Shown piece by piece: positions 22,149 to 33,217 of a stretch of 36,518 bases of DNA. The translations under genes were made by a program, and so were the position numbers. Source of the stretch: Neovahlkampfia damariscottae (lineage: Eukaryota); the NCBI GenBank assembly GCA_016618085.1, contig JABLTG010000179.1:1-36518 (forward strand). The letters run 5' to 3'. The notes beneath the pieces were generated by a model that had not been told where the DNA came from, made no database searches, and was given only the letters and a program-made list of their open reading frames with translations. Position 1 is the stretch's first letter, and each line of letters begins with the position of its first letter.

Positions 22149-23549
22149 ATGAGGTCATCTGCTTCACCACCAATAACATCACCTCTGAAAAAAACGCCCA
22201 GATCTGTTGAAAAAAATTATAGTACTTTAGAAAAAAATCCAGAAAATAATCAGAGTTTCTTGGCTCCAATCTTTGAAAAATCACAAAAAGTAATCACAAA
22301 AAAAAAAATTAAAAAGAAAAGAAAACAAAATACGTTACAACTTGTCGACAAATTTTTTTAATCATATTATTTTTAATATGCCTTGTGATGGCCATCATAA
22401 GTTTAACTCTTTTATGTATATTTTCAAACAACTACGGTAAAAAAAACGGAAAAATTAATTCTTAAAAAAGAGGTGGACCTGAGTTTATTAAGGTTAAAAT
22501 CAGGCTTTAAAATTGAAAAAATTCATGCTTTTTCTCAACCAAGACAATTGGCTACTTCATCAAAATATTTATATATCGGCTCAAATGATCATGAAGTTTT
22601 ATCAATTCCTTTAAATATTTCAGTGATTGTAAATTCATCAACAACCATAAATACAATCATTTCAAATTTGACCAATCCTGCTGGAGTAGCTTTTTTCAAA
22701 GATGATTTATATATCGCTACAGACACTCAAATTTTGAAAATTAGAAATGTTGAAAAATCAAAATCAGAACCAGAGATATTTTTAGATGGACTTCCAAAAG
22801 CTACAAAACATATTAAAATATCACCTGACGGAAAATCACTTTTTATTGCTATTAATAGTAATTGTGATTCTTGTGAACCAATCACGCCCTTGGGAAGTAT
22901 TATTAGAGTCAGTTTACAAGCTCCTATTATTGATCAAAAAATAGTCGCAAAAGGAGTAAAGAATTCATTAGGTTTTGATTGGGATCCTTTAAATCAAACT
23001 TTTTGGTTTACAGATCATGCAAAAATCAATTCAAAATATCCTAATGAAATTAATCATTTAAGGGAAGAAAATTTGCATTTTGGATTTCCTTATTGTTATG
23101 GAAAGTCAACAAAAGATCCAAATTATCCAAAAATCAACTGTTCAAATTATGAATCCTCTGCCATTGAAATGCCACCATTTGTTCATCCAATGGGTATGGC
23201 TTTTCATCGAGGAAATTTATTTCCGAAACAATATGAGAATTCAATTTTTATTGCAGGTAAATATTTTCATTTTTTTAAAGTCGTTCCAAGAACATGGATC
23301 AAATCCTGATGAAAGAGAAAAATATGGTTTTCGAATAACGACATATGATTTGAAAGAAGGGAAGTATGAAGTTTTTATTGGTAAGAAAATTCCATTTTTT
23401 TACTGAATTATTTTTTAGATGGTTGGTTGGATTATCGAACTTATTTTGGCACTCCAACAGATGTAATTTTCTCTCCTGACGGTTATTTATACATATCTGA
23501 TGACTTTTCAGGTTCAATTTACAAAGTATCTCATTCAAATTCTGCGTAA
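22149..23549 (+). CDS. Membrane-anchored glucose/sorbosone dehydrogenase-like (PQQ-type beta-propeller)
   Basis: PRQLA, PAGVAF, NCDSC, AKGVKNSLGFDWDP, HFGFPYCYG, HPMGMAF, FP..Y...IFIAEHGS, GTPTDV...DGYLYISDD. A hydrophobic segment is encoded near 22360-22420. Confidence 0.85.
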
Positions 23550-23625
23550 AAAATAAAATTTATTTTTTGTTCATTTTATTTCATTTTTCATTTTGATTGG
23601 TTCAAACCTTTTGTTAAAAGTTGTG

Positions 23626-24993
23626 ATGAAGAAGGTTGGTGTTAATTTATTTACTCGCAAAAACACGGCAACATGGAAAATTTGCCTTATTACTTTGTTT
23701 TTTGTATTTTTTTGTGCTTTGTTTTTAGGTTTAGGGATAATCTTCACAGCAACTCAAGCAAGTTTGAATTTTTTTTTTTTTTACTTCTTGTAGCAACTAT
23801 TAAATATTTAGTTTCCAGGTATAACGCAAATGTTGCTGTAACAAAAAGTTTCTTTTCATTTTTTTAGACATTCAAAGAAACCATAAAACCGAGACTTGAA
23901 AAAACAAGTTTTAAAGGAAAATATGGAAATGGAGCTGATATTAATTTAGTTGAAGTAAATAAAATCAATTTTAAATTAAAAAAATAGAATACTGAATTTG
24001 ATAGAGCTCCAGTTCAAAAGGAAGCAACTTTTTATACACCTTTGAAATATTCACAATCTGTCAATTTTTTGAATGGAGCTGTCGATTATGTTTCTGGAAA
24101 AACAGAAACCATCACAGTAAAATTTACAGTTGATGGTGTTGAAAAAATTGGTACTTTTGACGTTGTAGTTTTTCAAACATACACAACAAAATTAACAGGT
24201 GGTTCTCCACAAAGAGGTGAGATTTTATGTTTTTTAAATTATATTTCACAATAGATTGCGATAATTTAGGTGGTCATTTTTCTGTTTCTTCATCAGAATG
24301 TTCTGTCTATTATGCTTTAGAGTAAGTTGAAAAAAATTTAACAAATTTTCTGCATTAGAGGAAGTAAGTGTTTTTTAGATTTATTGATCAATATAGTTTG
24401 TGCTTTGTATGATACAGTTACAAAAAAACTTACAAAAGCTGGGTAATAATTCATTAACAAATTAATTTTTTTTTTTACAGATCCGGATATGGCTGTGTAC
24501 CAAATTCAGGCCCATTTCCAAAAGATTGGAAAGCTGGTATTTATAAACAACTTGAAAGAGCATCAAGAGAAACTGGAAGAAAAGGTCCAAAAGAAACAAA
24601 ACCAACAACATCAGGTATTCATGAAAAGAAAAAAAAAATTAACATACTATAGGTGTATTTATGATCAGAGAATTACATGATCCATATGTCAAATTCAATG
24701 AACTTACGGATGGACTTTTAGATTTTTCTAAAGTAGAAAAAACAACTTCTGATATTGGAATTGTATTCTTTTCATTATCAGGTCTTGTATTTTTCGTTGT
24801 GATTTTATTTGGTTTGTATTTTGTTGTTGTTATTTTGAGATTAATCGTTGAAAGAATTTCAGGCAACAAATCAACTGATGGAAATTACATGAAAGACGAA
24901 ACAACTGCGACAACAGGATTACTTGCAGAAGAAGTATATGATGAACCAGAAGATCAAAATGATCAAGTTCATCCTTTGGAATTTGGAAATTAA
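23626..24993 (+). CDS. Unknown two-TM membrane protein with Cys-containing luminal domain (about 9 exons)
   Basis: The frame is maintained across the predicted introns; TM segments at both ends; acidic cytosolic tail. Confidence 0.65.
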
Positions 24994-25071
24994 AAATAAA
25001 AAAAAATTTTATTTTACTATCTTTTCATTGGTCCTTTTTCTTAAAACCACGTGAAGTGAATTTAGTGAGTA

Positions 25072-25892
25072 ATGAATTTGATTAGGTTGTTAGGTGATTT
25101 TCTCCATCTTGCGAGTATTATAATTTTACTCTACAAAATATTAACGACAAAATCATGTCAAGGTAGGAAAAAAAAAAAAATTAAAAGTCTTTTTCTTGTA
25201 TTTAGGAGTTTCTTTGAAAACAATGGAACTATACCTTATTGTCTTTTTAACAAGATATCTTGATTTATTTTTCAGTTTTGTTTCATATTACAATACACTA
25301 ATGAAAGTAAAAAAAAAAAAAAAAAAATTAAAAAAAAAGATTTTCTTCATTTCATCAACAGCACTCATTTGGTATTTGATGAAATACCGTTTTAGAGCAA
25401 CTTATGATCTCAAACATGATGAAACTTTTTCAGGTAAAATTTTAATTTTTTAAAATTAATTTTTTTTAAAAAGGCTACAAAATTTTTATTCTTATTGGAC
25501 CTTGTGCAGTATGTGCAATTCTTTTCGCTTCAAGAGACGTTCAATTTTATCTTTTTGAAATAATTTGGACATTTAGTATTTTTTTAGAAAGTGTTGCTGT
25601 TATACCACAACTTTTTATGTTGACATCAAAAGGTTCAGCTGAATCACTTACAAGTCATTATATGTTCGCATTAGGTGCTTACAGAACAATTTATTTATTA
25701 AATTGGATTTATAGATACTTCGCTGAAGGATATGCGCCTGTAAATGCATGGATTGCTGGTATCATTCAAACATTATTATACGCTGATTTCTTTTATCAAT
25801 ACGTCACAAAGTAATTTTTTTATGAAATTTTTTTTATTTTTTTTAGAGCTATGGCAAATGCAAGACTTGAGTTACCAGGAATGAAAGTTTAA
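25072..25892 (+). CDS. ERD2: ER lumen protein-retaining (KDEL/HDEL) receptor, 5 exons
   Basis: MNLIRLLGDFLHLAS, GVSLKT.ELY..VF.TRYLDLF, WTFSIFLESVAVIPQL, HYMFALGAYR, QTLLYADFFY. Confidence 0.96.
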
Positions 25893-25965
25893 TTTCAATA
25901 AAAAAATTCTTTTTATATTATCCATGGAACCAATAATATCGTGAATTGGATATCAACCTCAGAAA

Positions 25966-26316
25966 ATGTTCAGACAAAAGTTCAAAGTAAAATTCAAAAG
26001 ATTTGGGAAATTTAATTATGTCACTCCTCCTTTCAATTTTGGACCAAAAATAACAAAGAAGGATGACAAAGAATTTGTTGACAATGAAGATTTTTGTAGA
26101 GTATTGAAAAAAAAATCCAAAGAAAAAAACAATTTAAATGATTTTTTGGAAACAATGGAAAGAATATCTTCCAGTAATAGTTTTGCTAAAGTTGTTATTC
26201 ATGAAAAATTCTGGACAAAGCATGAAATTGTCGCTCTTGCTTCAATTTTTAAGTATCACAATATTGAATATGTAATTTTAGATGTACTTGGAAATATCAA
26301 AGATTCTTATCCATAA
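25966..26316 (+). CDS. Hypothetical protein (~116 aa; start uncertain, possibly a short upstream exon at ~25925)
   Basis: Open frame with coding-like composition; no family recognised. Confidence 0.45.
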   Translation: MFRQKFKVKFKRFGKFNYVTPPFNFGPKITKKDDKEFVDNEDFCRVLKKKSKEKNNLNDFLETMERISSSNSFAKVVIHEKFWTKHEIVALASIFKYHNIEYVILDVLGNIKDSYP

Positions 26317-26390
26317 ATTTTTGTTCTTTTTCCAACATCCTGTTGTTTTTTTTTTGTGATTCATCGAAATTATTCTTTACTTTGAACTGA

Positions 26391-27288
26391 CTATTTGTAT
26401 CTTGTTTGCGAAAAAAAATCTGATAAAAAACAAAAATAAAAAATGGGAGCATAGAATGAATAAAACAATTTGGAGATTAAATTGAAACAATGTCCTCTAA
26501 AAATCAAAATTAAATATTTTTTCCACTTACAAACTGAAACAACCAACCAATAAGGAGTTCCCAAAAATAGAAAGCGACAAAAACAATAAATTAAAAATCA
26601 TATAAACATAAATACTTTTTCTTGTTGGTAAAAAACTTGATTTCAAAAGTACCAAAAAAATAATTAATGAATAAATTAAAAAAAAACATGAGTTTTCAAT
26701 CAAATCAACGATTCTAGAAAGAAAATTCTTTTCGACAATTTGAACGATAATGTTCAACCCAATACCCTTTTGAAAATTTAATTACTTAATTTTTAATTAT
26801 ACTTTAATAATTACAAAAAAGTTCGTCAAAATTAATGAAATGAAAGTGGTGCAACAAAAAACAGTTGATTGAGAAGTTTTTCCGCTTAATAAAAACAAAA
26901 GAACTGAAAATTCAATATATATAATAAAAGTTTCGTTAATTAAATAAGGTGTTTTAAAATAAATTCCTAAAGTCGAAAAAACGTTTGAATGCAGTTCATT
27001 CAAAATTTGAATGAAAACTGTGAATAAATTGAATAGAGATAGCATCCAGGTGTACGTATAAAATGTTCTAATTATTAATCTGTTTCTTCTTTTTAAATTT
27101 TTTATCGTTGTCTTTAATTTTATGATTAAATAAAATAAAAATATGATTGTCGGAATTATTGTGAGAATATGAAAAGGACTGAAACCTAAAAATTTGAATT
27201 TGACGACTTCCGAGCAAAATTCTTTTGGATTTACGCAGTCTTGATATTGAGTTCCATTTAGACTTGTACTCAACTGCAAAACATTCAT
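26391..27288 (-). CDS. TPRA1/GPR175/CAND2-like 7TM protein (3 exons)
   Basis: IIPTIIFLFYL..KL....K.L......IIRTFY, IEFSVLLFLL, LPTRKSIYVY, FYAPIFYFCFLSDFF match TPRA1-family patterns. Confidence 0.75.
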
Positions 27289-27425
27289 TTTTTTTTGATC
27301 CAATAAGATTCTATCCACTTTCAAAAAAAAAAAGAAATGATGAATTTCTGAATTTAACATAAAATAATACAACATTGCTTTTATATTTCTGTTGTTTCGG
27401 TTTTAAAAATTTTTATCCAATTAAA

Positions 27426-27675
27426 ATGCCAGAAAAAGATTTTAGAGTGAGACAAGTCTCAATTTCTCCATTTCAACAACATGTGATGAAAGGAACTTTC
27501 AAGAATTTTGGAAAAAAAATTCTTTACAGAATCAAAACAATTGGAGGACCTGCAGTTGTTCGTAAGAAAAAAAAAAAAAAAAAAATTAAAAAAAAAAGCA
27601 TTTTTGATGTACGCTTGGGCTTATAATAAATTTCATGAAGAAAGAAGAAAATTTGTTGTTTCAGAAAGACCTTAA
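27426..27675 (+). CDS. QCR8: Cytochrome bc1 complex subunit 8 (2 exons)
   Basis: RQVSISPFQQHVMKG...PAVVPFLMYAWAYNKFHEERRK. Confidence 0.8.
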
Positions 27676-27692
27676 AAAAAAAAAAAAGTTTT

Positions 27693-28013
27693 TTATTTCA
27701 TATTCATATTTTTGAATTTTCTATTCATATTTTCCTGATGAAGTTGTTTTAAGACTTCATTCGTATTTAAATATCTAGTATTCACAAAGGATTTTTCTAT
27801 TTCATTATCTTGTTGTATTTTAGCTTTTTCCTGCTGAAAATTACAATCTTTCGTCCGTTGGTATTCGTTGATTTGAATTTGTATAGTCGAAGGTGGGTTT
27901 TGTACATTTTCGATTTTTGATCTCTTTGAACTGTCTATTATTTCATCATCTCTTTTCCTTTTATTCTTTTGAGAGGAGTTGGTGGTATCGTGTTGATGTT
28001 TCCAGAAATCCAT
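27693..28013 (-). CDS. Small nuclear protein, possibly FAM104/VCF-like
   Basis: NLS KRKR..KRSK; C-terminal helix YLNTNEVLKQLHQE resembles FAM104 Y..IN..L.E.H. Confidence 0.45.
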   Translation of the reverse strand: MDFWKHQHDTTNSSQKNKRKRDDEIIDSSKRSKIENVQNPPSTIQIQINEYQRTKDCNFQQEKAKIQQDNEIEKSFVNTRYLNTNEVLKQLHQENMNRKFKNMNMK

Positions 28014-28192
28014 GACGGAAATTACAAGAAAATAATCAACCAATTAACTGATAGATATTTCATTGGTCAAGCAATTTGAATGTTCAATTTATTATATTTT
28101 TGAAAAACAATTTGATAATATTAAAACTGATTTAATTTGATGCAACAACACTTTTTATTGGCCGAGTCAAAAACATCAACATTCGAGACGAA

Positions 28193-29298
28193 ATGAGCAC
28201 TTCAACTGAAAAGAAAAGACCTCTGGAAAGGTAATTCCTCAATCAAATTTAAACAATCATACAGGTTTAAAAGTAAATTTAATTCAAAATTTAAAATAAT
28301 GAAAGCTGTATTACAATACGAACCTGAAAATAATTTGTTCGACGCATTCAAAGAAGACAAAATAGTCACTGTTGAAATACCATTGAAATATTTAACACAA
28401 AAAGAAAGAGAAGAAGGAAAAATCTTTGGAACTGATATTTACACTGATAACTCTGATTTGATTTCAGGTTAGAAAATTTCTTAAACTCAAAATTACTTTT
28501 CCAAGCATGCCAACATTGTGGTGTCCTAAATTTACGTGAGATATATCAAAATCAATCAAGTATTGAAAATGTTTTAGTTGACGTCAAAATTCATCCTCCA
28601 CTTGAGTAAATAACAAAAACATTTAATCTTTAAAAAGAAAATATAAATCAACATTTAAAAATAATATAAGAAGTAGAGGATGGTCATTTTATAAAGGAAA
28701 TTCATACTCTATTGAATCAATTAAAATAAATGAAGACTCATTGATGAAATATGCTTTGAAAAAAAAAAAATTAAACCCAAAAGTTGAACCAACTACAACA
28801 GAGTTGGAATTTGCAAGATTTGGTGGTAATAGTGTTGGTAAGCTCAAAAAAATTTTTACACCAAAAAAAAAGTTTACAACATGTCTCAAGGTAACAAAAA
28901 TTTCTAATTTTTTTTTAATTAAATTAGATCCATGTTTTAAGTATAGTTTAAACTTAATTTCAGATAAAACAATCAATGTTGAAGATTTTACATCTTACAG
29001 ATTTTTAAATTCAAAAGAAATTTTATTTTTTGAAACTAAAACTGAAAGATTTGAAATATCAGGAAAGGAGATGAATTCTTCATTTCGTTTTGCAAAAATA
29101 AAAACACCTAAAACTTTGACTTTTGAAAAATTAGATTTTTTGAATGAAAATTCAAAATTACCATTACAACAAGAATACATTGAAATTATAGAAGACAATT
29201 TGAAATGGGAAGATTTTAAATGGGGTAAAGATTCAGTTGAAATTAAAAACAAAAAATATTTCATTTCAAATTTAAATTTTTTCAAGATTAAAGCTTAG
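28193..29298 (+). CDS. Rxt3-domain protein (Sin3/Rpd3 HDAC-associated, LCCL-like)
   Basis: VEIP.....IFGTDIYTDNSDL, V.IHPPL..Y.ST.KNNIRSRGW. Confidence 0.75.
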
Positions 29299-30055
29299 AT
29301 ACATTCTTGTAATTTTTTGAAATAAATTTTTGTGAACCTTTTTCATATTCTTTTGAATTTAAGGTTTTTAAACCATAAATGAATTCATTTTTAATACCAT
29401 CTTTTGGATTCAATCCAAAATTTTGATAAACTGACATTCGATCATTTCTTAAACAATTTTGTGGGAATTTCACAAGATTTTTAGCGATTTCAAGAGATAG
29501 CTCAAATGTTTTTCCTTTTGGTGCAATTCTATTTGCTAATCCAATATCCAATGCTTCTTTTGAATAAACAGGTCTTCCAGTTAAAATCATATCTAATGCT
29601 CTTGACATTCCAATTAATTTTGGAAGACGGATTGTACCACCATCAATCAAAGGAACTCCAAATCTACGGCATGAAACACTAAAAACTGCAGATTCATCAA
29701 TTATTCTGAGATCACACCAACAAGCTAGTTCTAGTCCTCCTGCTAGAGCGAATCCTTCAATACATCCAATAACTGGTTTTGATAGAAGCATTCTTGATGG
29801 ACCCATTGGTCCTTCTTCATCATCTTGAATAATTTTATTCATTTTACCAGTTGATAATGCTTTTAAGTCGGCACCTGCACAAAAATTACCACCAGAACCT
29901 TGAAGAATAGCAGCTTTTAAATTTTTTGAATTTTCAAATTTTTGGAACGTTTTGTACAATAGTTCAGCTGTATCTCTATCCACTGCGTTTTTTACATTTG
30001 GTCTATTGATGGAGACAATTAATATTTCATCATCAACTGTTTGCGTGTTTATCAT
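29288..30055 (-). CDS. Enoyl-CoA hydratase/crotonase-family protein, intronless, C-terminal SKL
   Basis: INRPNVKNAVD, FCAGADLK, GPMGPSRM, AGGLELACWCDLR, GVPLIDGGTIRLP. First ATG at 30055. Confidence 0.93.
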   Translation of the reverse strand: MINTQTVDDEILIVSINRPNVKNAVDRDTAELLYKTFQKFENSKNLKAAILQGSGGNFCAGADLKALSTGKMNKIIQDDEEGPMGPSRMLLSKPVIGCIEGFALAGGLELACWCDLRIIDESAVFSVSCRRFGVPLIDGGTIRLPKLIGMSRALDMILTGRPVYSKEALDIGLANRIAPKGKTFELSLEIAKNLVKFPQNCLRNDRMSVYQNFGLNPKDGIKNEFIYGLKTLNSKEYEKGSQKFISKNYKNVSKL

Positions 30056-30398
30056 CAATGTAGAGAATTTGGACAAATCAATTTATAGTATTTTTTTTTT
30101 GTTCAAATTTAAAAAACTGTTCTTTTTGTGCTTGAATAAATTATTTTTCTTTCTTTCTTTTTGAGAATTTTGCAAATAAAATTCACAGAGAAATTTTCAG
30201 TTTTGGTCACAATATTGACTAATTAGATCAAAATGTTCACAAAAACAATTCAAATACCGATTTCAATTCAGCTGTGGTTGGTCAAAATATAATTTAGGAA
30301 ACTAGAGACCCAATTTATCCAAAAAGTGACCTAATCAGGAAAAAACTGTTAATTGGCCAATTATTTTTCCAACATTTTTGCTTCACAATACCGGCATT

Positions 30399-31910
30399 AT
30401 GGAAAACTTGATTAATATCTCATCTAACGACATTTTTCTGCCATGTATATCAAAAAAAGACTTGAAAGAAATGAAAACGATGCAAGGAAAATCTTTGGAA
30501 GCATTAAATCAAAAGAAAACGACATTTTTGTGTAATATTTTACCATACTAAACTATAGGTTTTTTGAAACCAATTTTGATCTCAAAAAACATTTCAGGAA
30601 TACAGGAAATAATGCAAATCCTCTTGGAATTAGGAAACTCACCAAACGTCAATATCGTTTTTGTTTTCAGTGAAAAACCAAATTTAATTTACACACTACT
30701 GTATAAATACAACTTACATGAGAAAATAGCATACATATCAGATCCTTCTTTGACCATTTTTGAAAAATTTGGAGTTAAAAAAATTTACAAAAACATTTGT
30801 GAATGTCACCATAGAAATACTCATATTTTCATTTTGAAGTCAAATCAAATCTTAATACACTTTGAATTCTCAAAGGAAATGCCGTAAGAACATTCTTCAC
30901 TTTTGACATTTTTCAAGAATTGAAGAATTGAAAAGTTTCATTCCAAGGGAAGACTCAAAAAGAAAGAAAGAAAAAAATCGAGAAAAATCAATACACTTCA
31001 TTGAAAATTATTATATGGATACTGATTTCCGGAAAAAAAATATCATATCAAAACTATTTACCAATATTTTCCTGTCACCTGGACAAAGTGCACTTTCATT
31101 CAATAGTAGCTTTTCATTACGTCCAAAATCACCTGATAATTCAAGTGATTCAAGTAGTCTTAGAACAAAAAGTGTTTCATATTTTAATTTTAGCTTAAAA
31201 CGATTGAGCTCCAGCAAATCAGTTCCAAATTCACCAAAAATATCACCAAAGGTTTCACCTCGGAATTCAAACAATAACTTATTGACTCCTAGAAATAATA
31301 AGTCACTTGCTGGAAATAGACTCTCAAATAAGAGTATTTCTCCAAGAGAACTTTTTGATTTGTCATTATTTGACATACCAAAAAGTGGGAGTGATTGTGA
31401 TAATGTTCATAATGAAAAACCACCACAAACAGAAAGAAATGATAAATTTAAAGTATCATTGTCCAAAAGACAATTGAAATTTCCAAGAAAATCACTAGGT
31501 CTTTATGAAATTCTTCACAGTGAAAATGCAAAATCAAAATTCATGGAATTTTCAAAAATGGAATATTCAGAAGAAAATGTAGAATTTTGGGATGATGTTC
31601 AAAATTTTAAGAATATTCAAGATTTAAATGAACGTTCAAATGAAGCAGAAAGAATTTTCAATGTTTATTTAGCCACAGATTCAAAATCGGAGATTAATGT
31701 TTCTGGGAGATTATGTAACACTTCATCTTTCATTTCTGATTAACTTTTTTAGTGAAAAAAGTAAAGACGAAATTATTCCAGTATCTTTTGGAAAATGAAT
31801 GCCCAATTGATATTTTTGATTCCATTGTATTTGAATTAGAAATTAACAATTTAAATGATACATTGTCCAGATTCAAATTGACATCAACTTATCAAAATGA
31901 ATTGAAATAA
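30399..31910 (+). CDS. RGS-domain protein with N-terminal thioredoxin/AhpC-like region and Ser/Pro-rich linker (4 exons)
   Basis: RGS: FMEFSKMEYSEENVEFW...IFNVYL...SEINVS...DTLSRF. N-terminal IVFVF...YISDPSLTIFEKFGV. Confidence 0.8.
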
Positions 31911-32075
31911 AAATATCGGATCCACCAGTAAAAATATAGTAACCCTATTGTTAAATTTTGACTTTGATGAATAAAGTACAAATTTATCAAAAAAAAATAA
32001 GAAGTGTTGTTTGAAGAATTCAAATCAACAAGAATATAGTTAAAACTAAATATAATAGTTCCTAAAATTTATTTA

Positions 32076-32739
32076 TCATTTATCTACAATTTTTTGTGTT
32101 CAAGTACAATTCCGCAATTAGTTCCATTTGGAAAAAATTCTAATAAAACTTTACCAACAATTTTACTACCATCTCTTGCTTTTCTCTCAAAATCAATAAT
32201 GAATGATTGAGAAATTTTTTTGGCTTCTGCAAACTTTTTGATTAAAGTTTCTACATCTCCATCATAAGGTTCAAGTAACTGTATGGAATAATTTACTGTT
32301 TTATGAAGGTCTTCGTATTCATATTCGTGAAAAGCCTAAAAAAATGTCAGAAAATTTGTGTTAATATTTTTACTGCAGCAGCTCTGTTCCAGCTTAAAAT
32401 TGTGTTGTTTCCACTATGGATAACAATTGGTAAATTTGATGTTTCAAAAATCATTCCATGTACACTTTGGATATATTGTGTTATTTGTCTTTTTTGTTGA
32501 AGATTGTATTTCAAGATTCTGTTTCTTTCTTTAAGTGCTTCCAATTCTTTCTGTTGTTCCATTATCAATTGCTCATGTTCGTCAATTTGGTCGATTAACT
32601 GACCTTTTTCTTCATGAACTTGTTGAAAGAAATCGAGGTCAAAGCAGTCCATGAATGGATCTTCAGGTTGACAGTTGAGCATTGGCATATAATCCTGTTC
32701 AAAATCTTGGAAAAATGAAAGTGAGTCGAGTGTTGACAT
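32076..32739 (-). CDS. Coiled-coil + PAS-domain protein with acidic N-terminus (2 exons)
   Basis: Heptad region, then FETSNLPIVIHSGNNTILSWNRAAA...FERKARDGSKIVGKV. Confidence 0.65.
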
Positions 32740-32823
32740 GTTTTCGGAGCGTAGTTGTAAAGTTGAGTTAAATTTATCCAATAAAACTAGGGCTTAAGTA
32801 AATCAGTTAACCAACAATATTCG

Positions 32824-32862
32824 ACCACGTGGTTCACGGAAAACGAAATTCACGTGATTGGT
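32824..32862. promoter_or_regulatory. Two CACGTG E/G-boxes plus CCAAT box upstream of the coiled-coil/PAS gene
   Basis: ACCACGTGGT palindrome at 32824-32833; CACGTG at 32851-32856 abutting ATTGG. Confidence 0.5.
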
Positions 32863-33217
32863 CTATTTCTATTCATTTTGGGCTTTTGGATGGACGAATT
32901 TGGTCATTTAATTGTACAAAACGAAAAGATGAACATTTTCAACTCCAAAATTGAATTTCTCAACGTCTACTCTATCTCAAGGAATGTTTATGTATTTGCT
33001 TGATGAAGAGTGAATCATCAGTTGATATTAATGACGTAGTTCCAAATTTCTATATGCAGGATGTTTTGGAAGGAAAACCAATTGAAAAAAAAAATTAAAA
33101 GAAAATTGTTTAAAATGTCAATCATTTTTTTGTCATCAATTCCGAATTGCTCAGTTTAGTAAATCCAATATCTACTTTGGTTTGAACCAATCAATTCATC
33201 AAAAGATTTGTCCCCAG

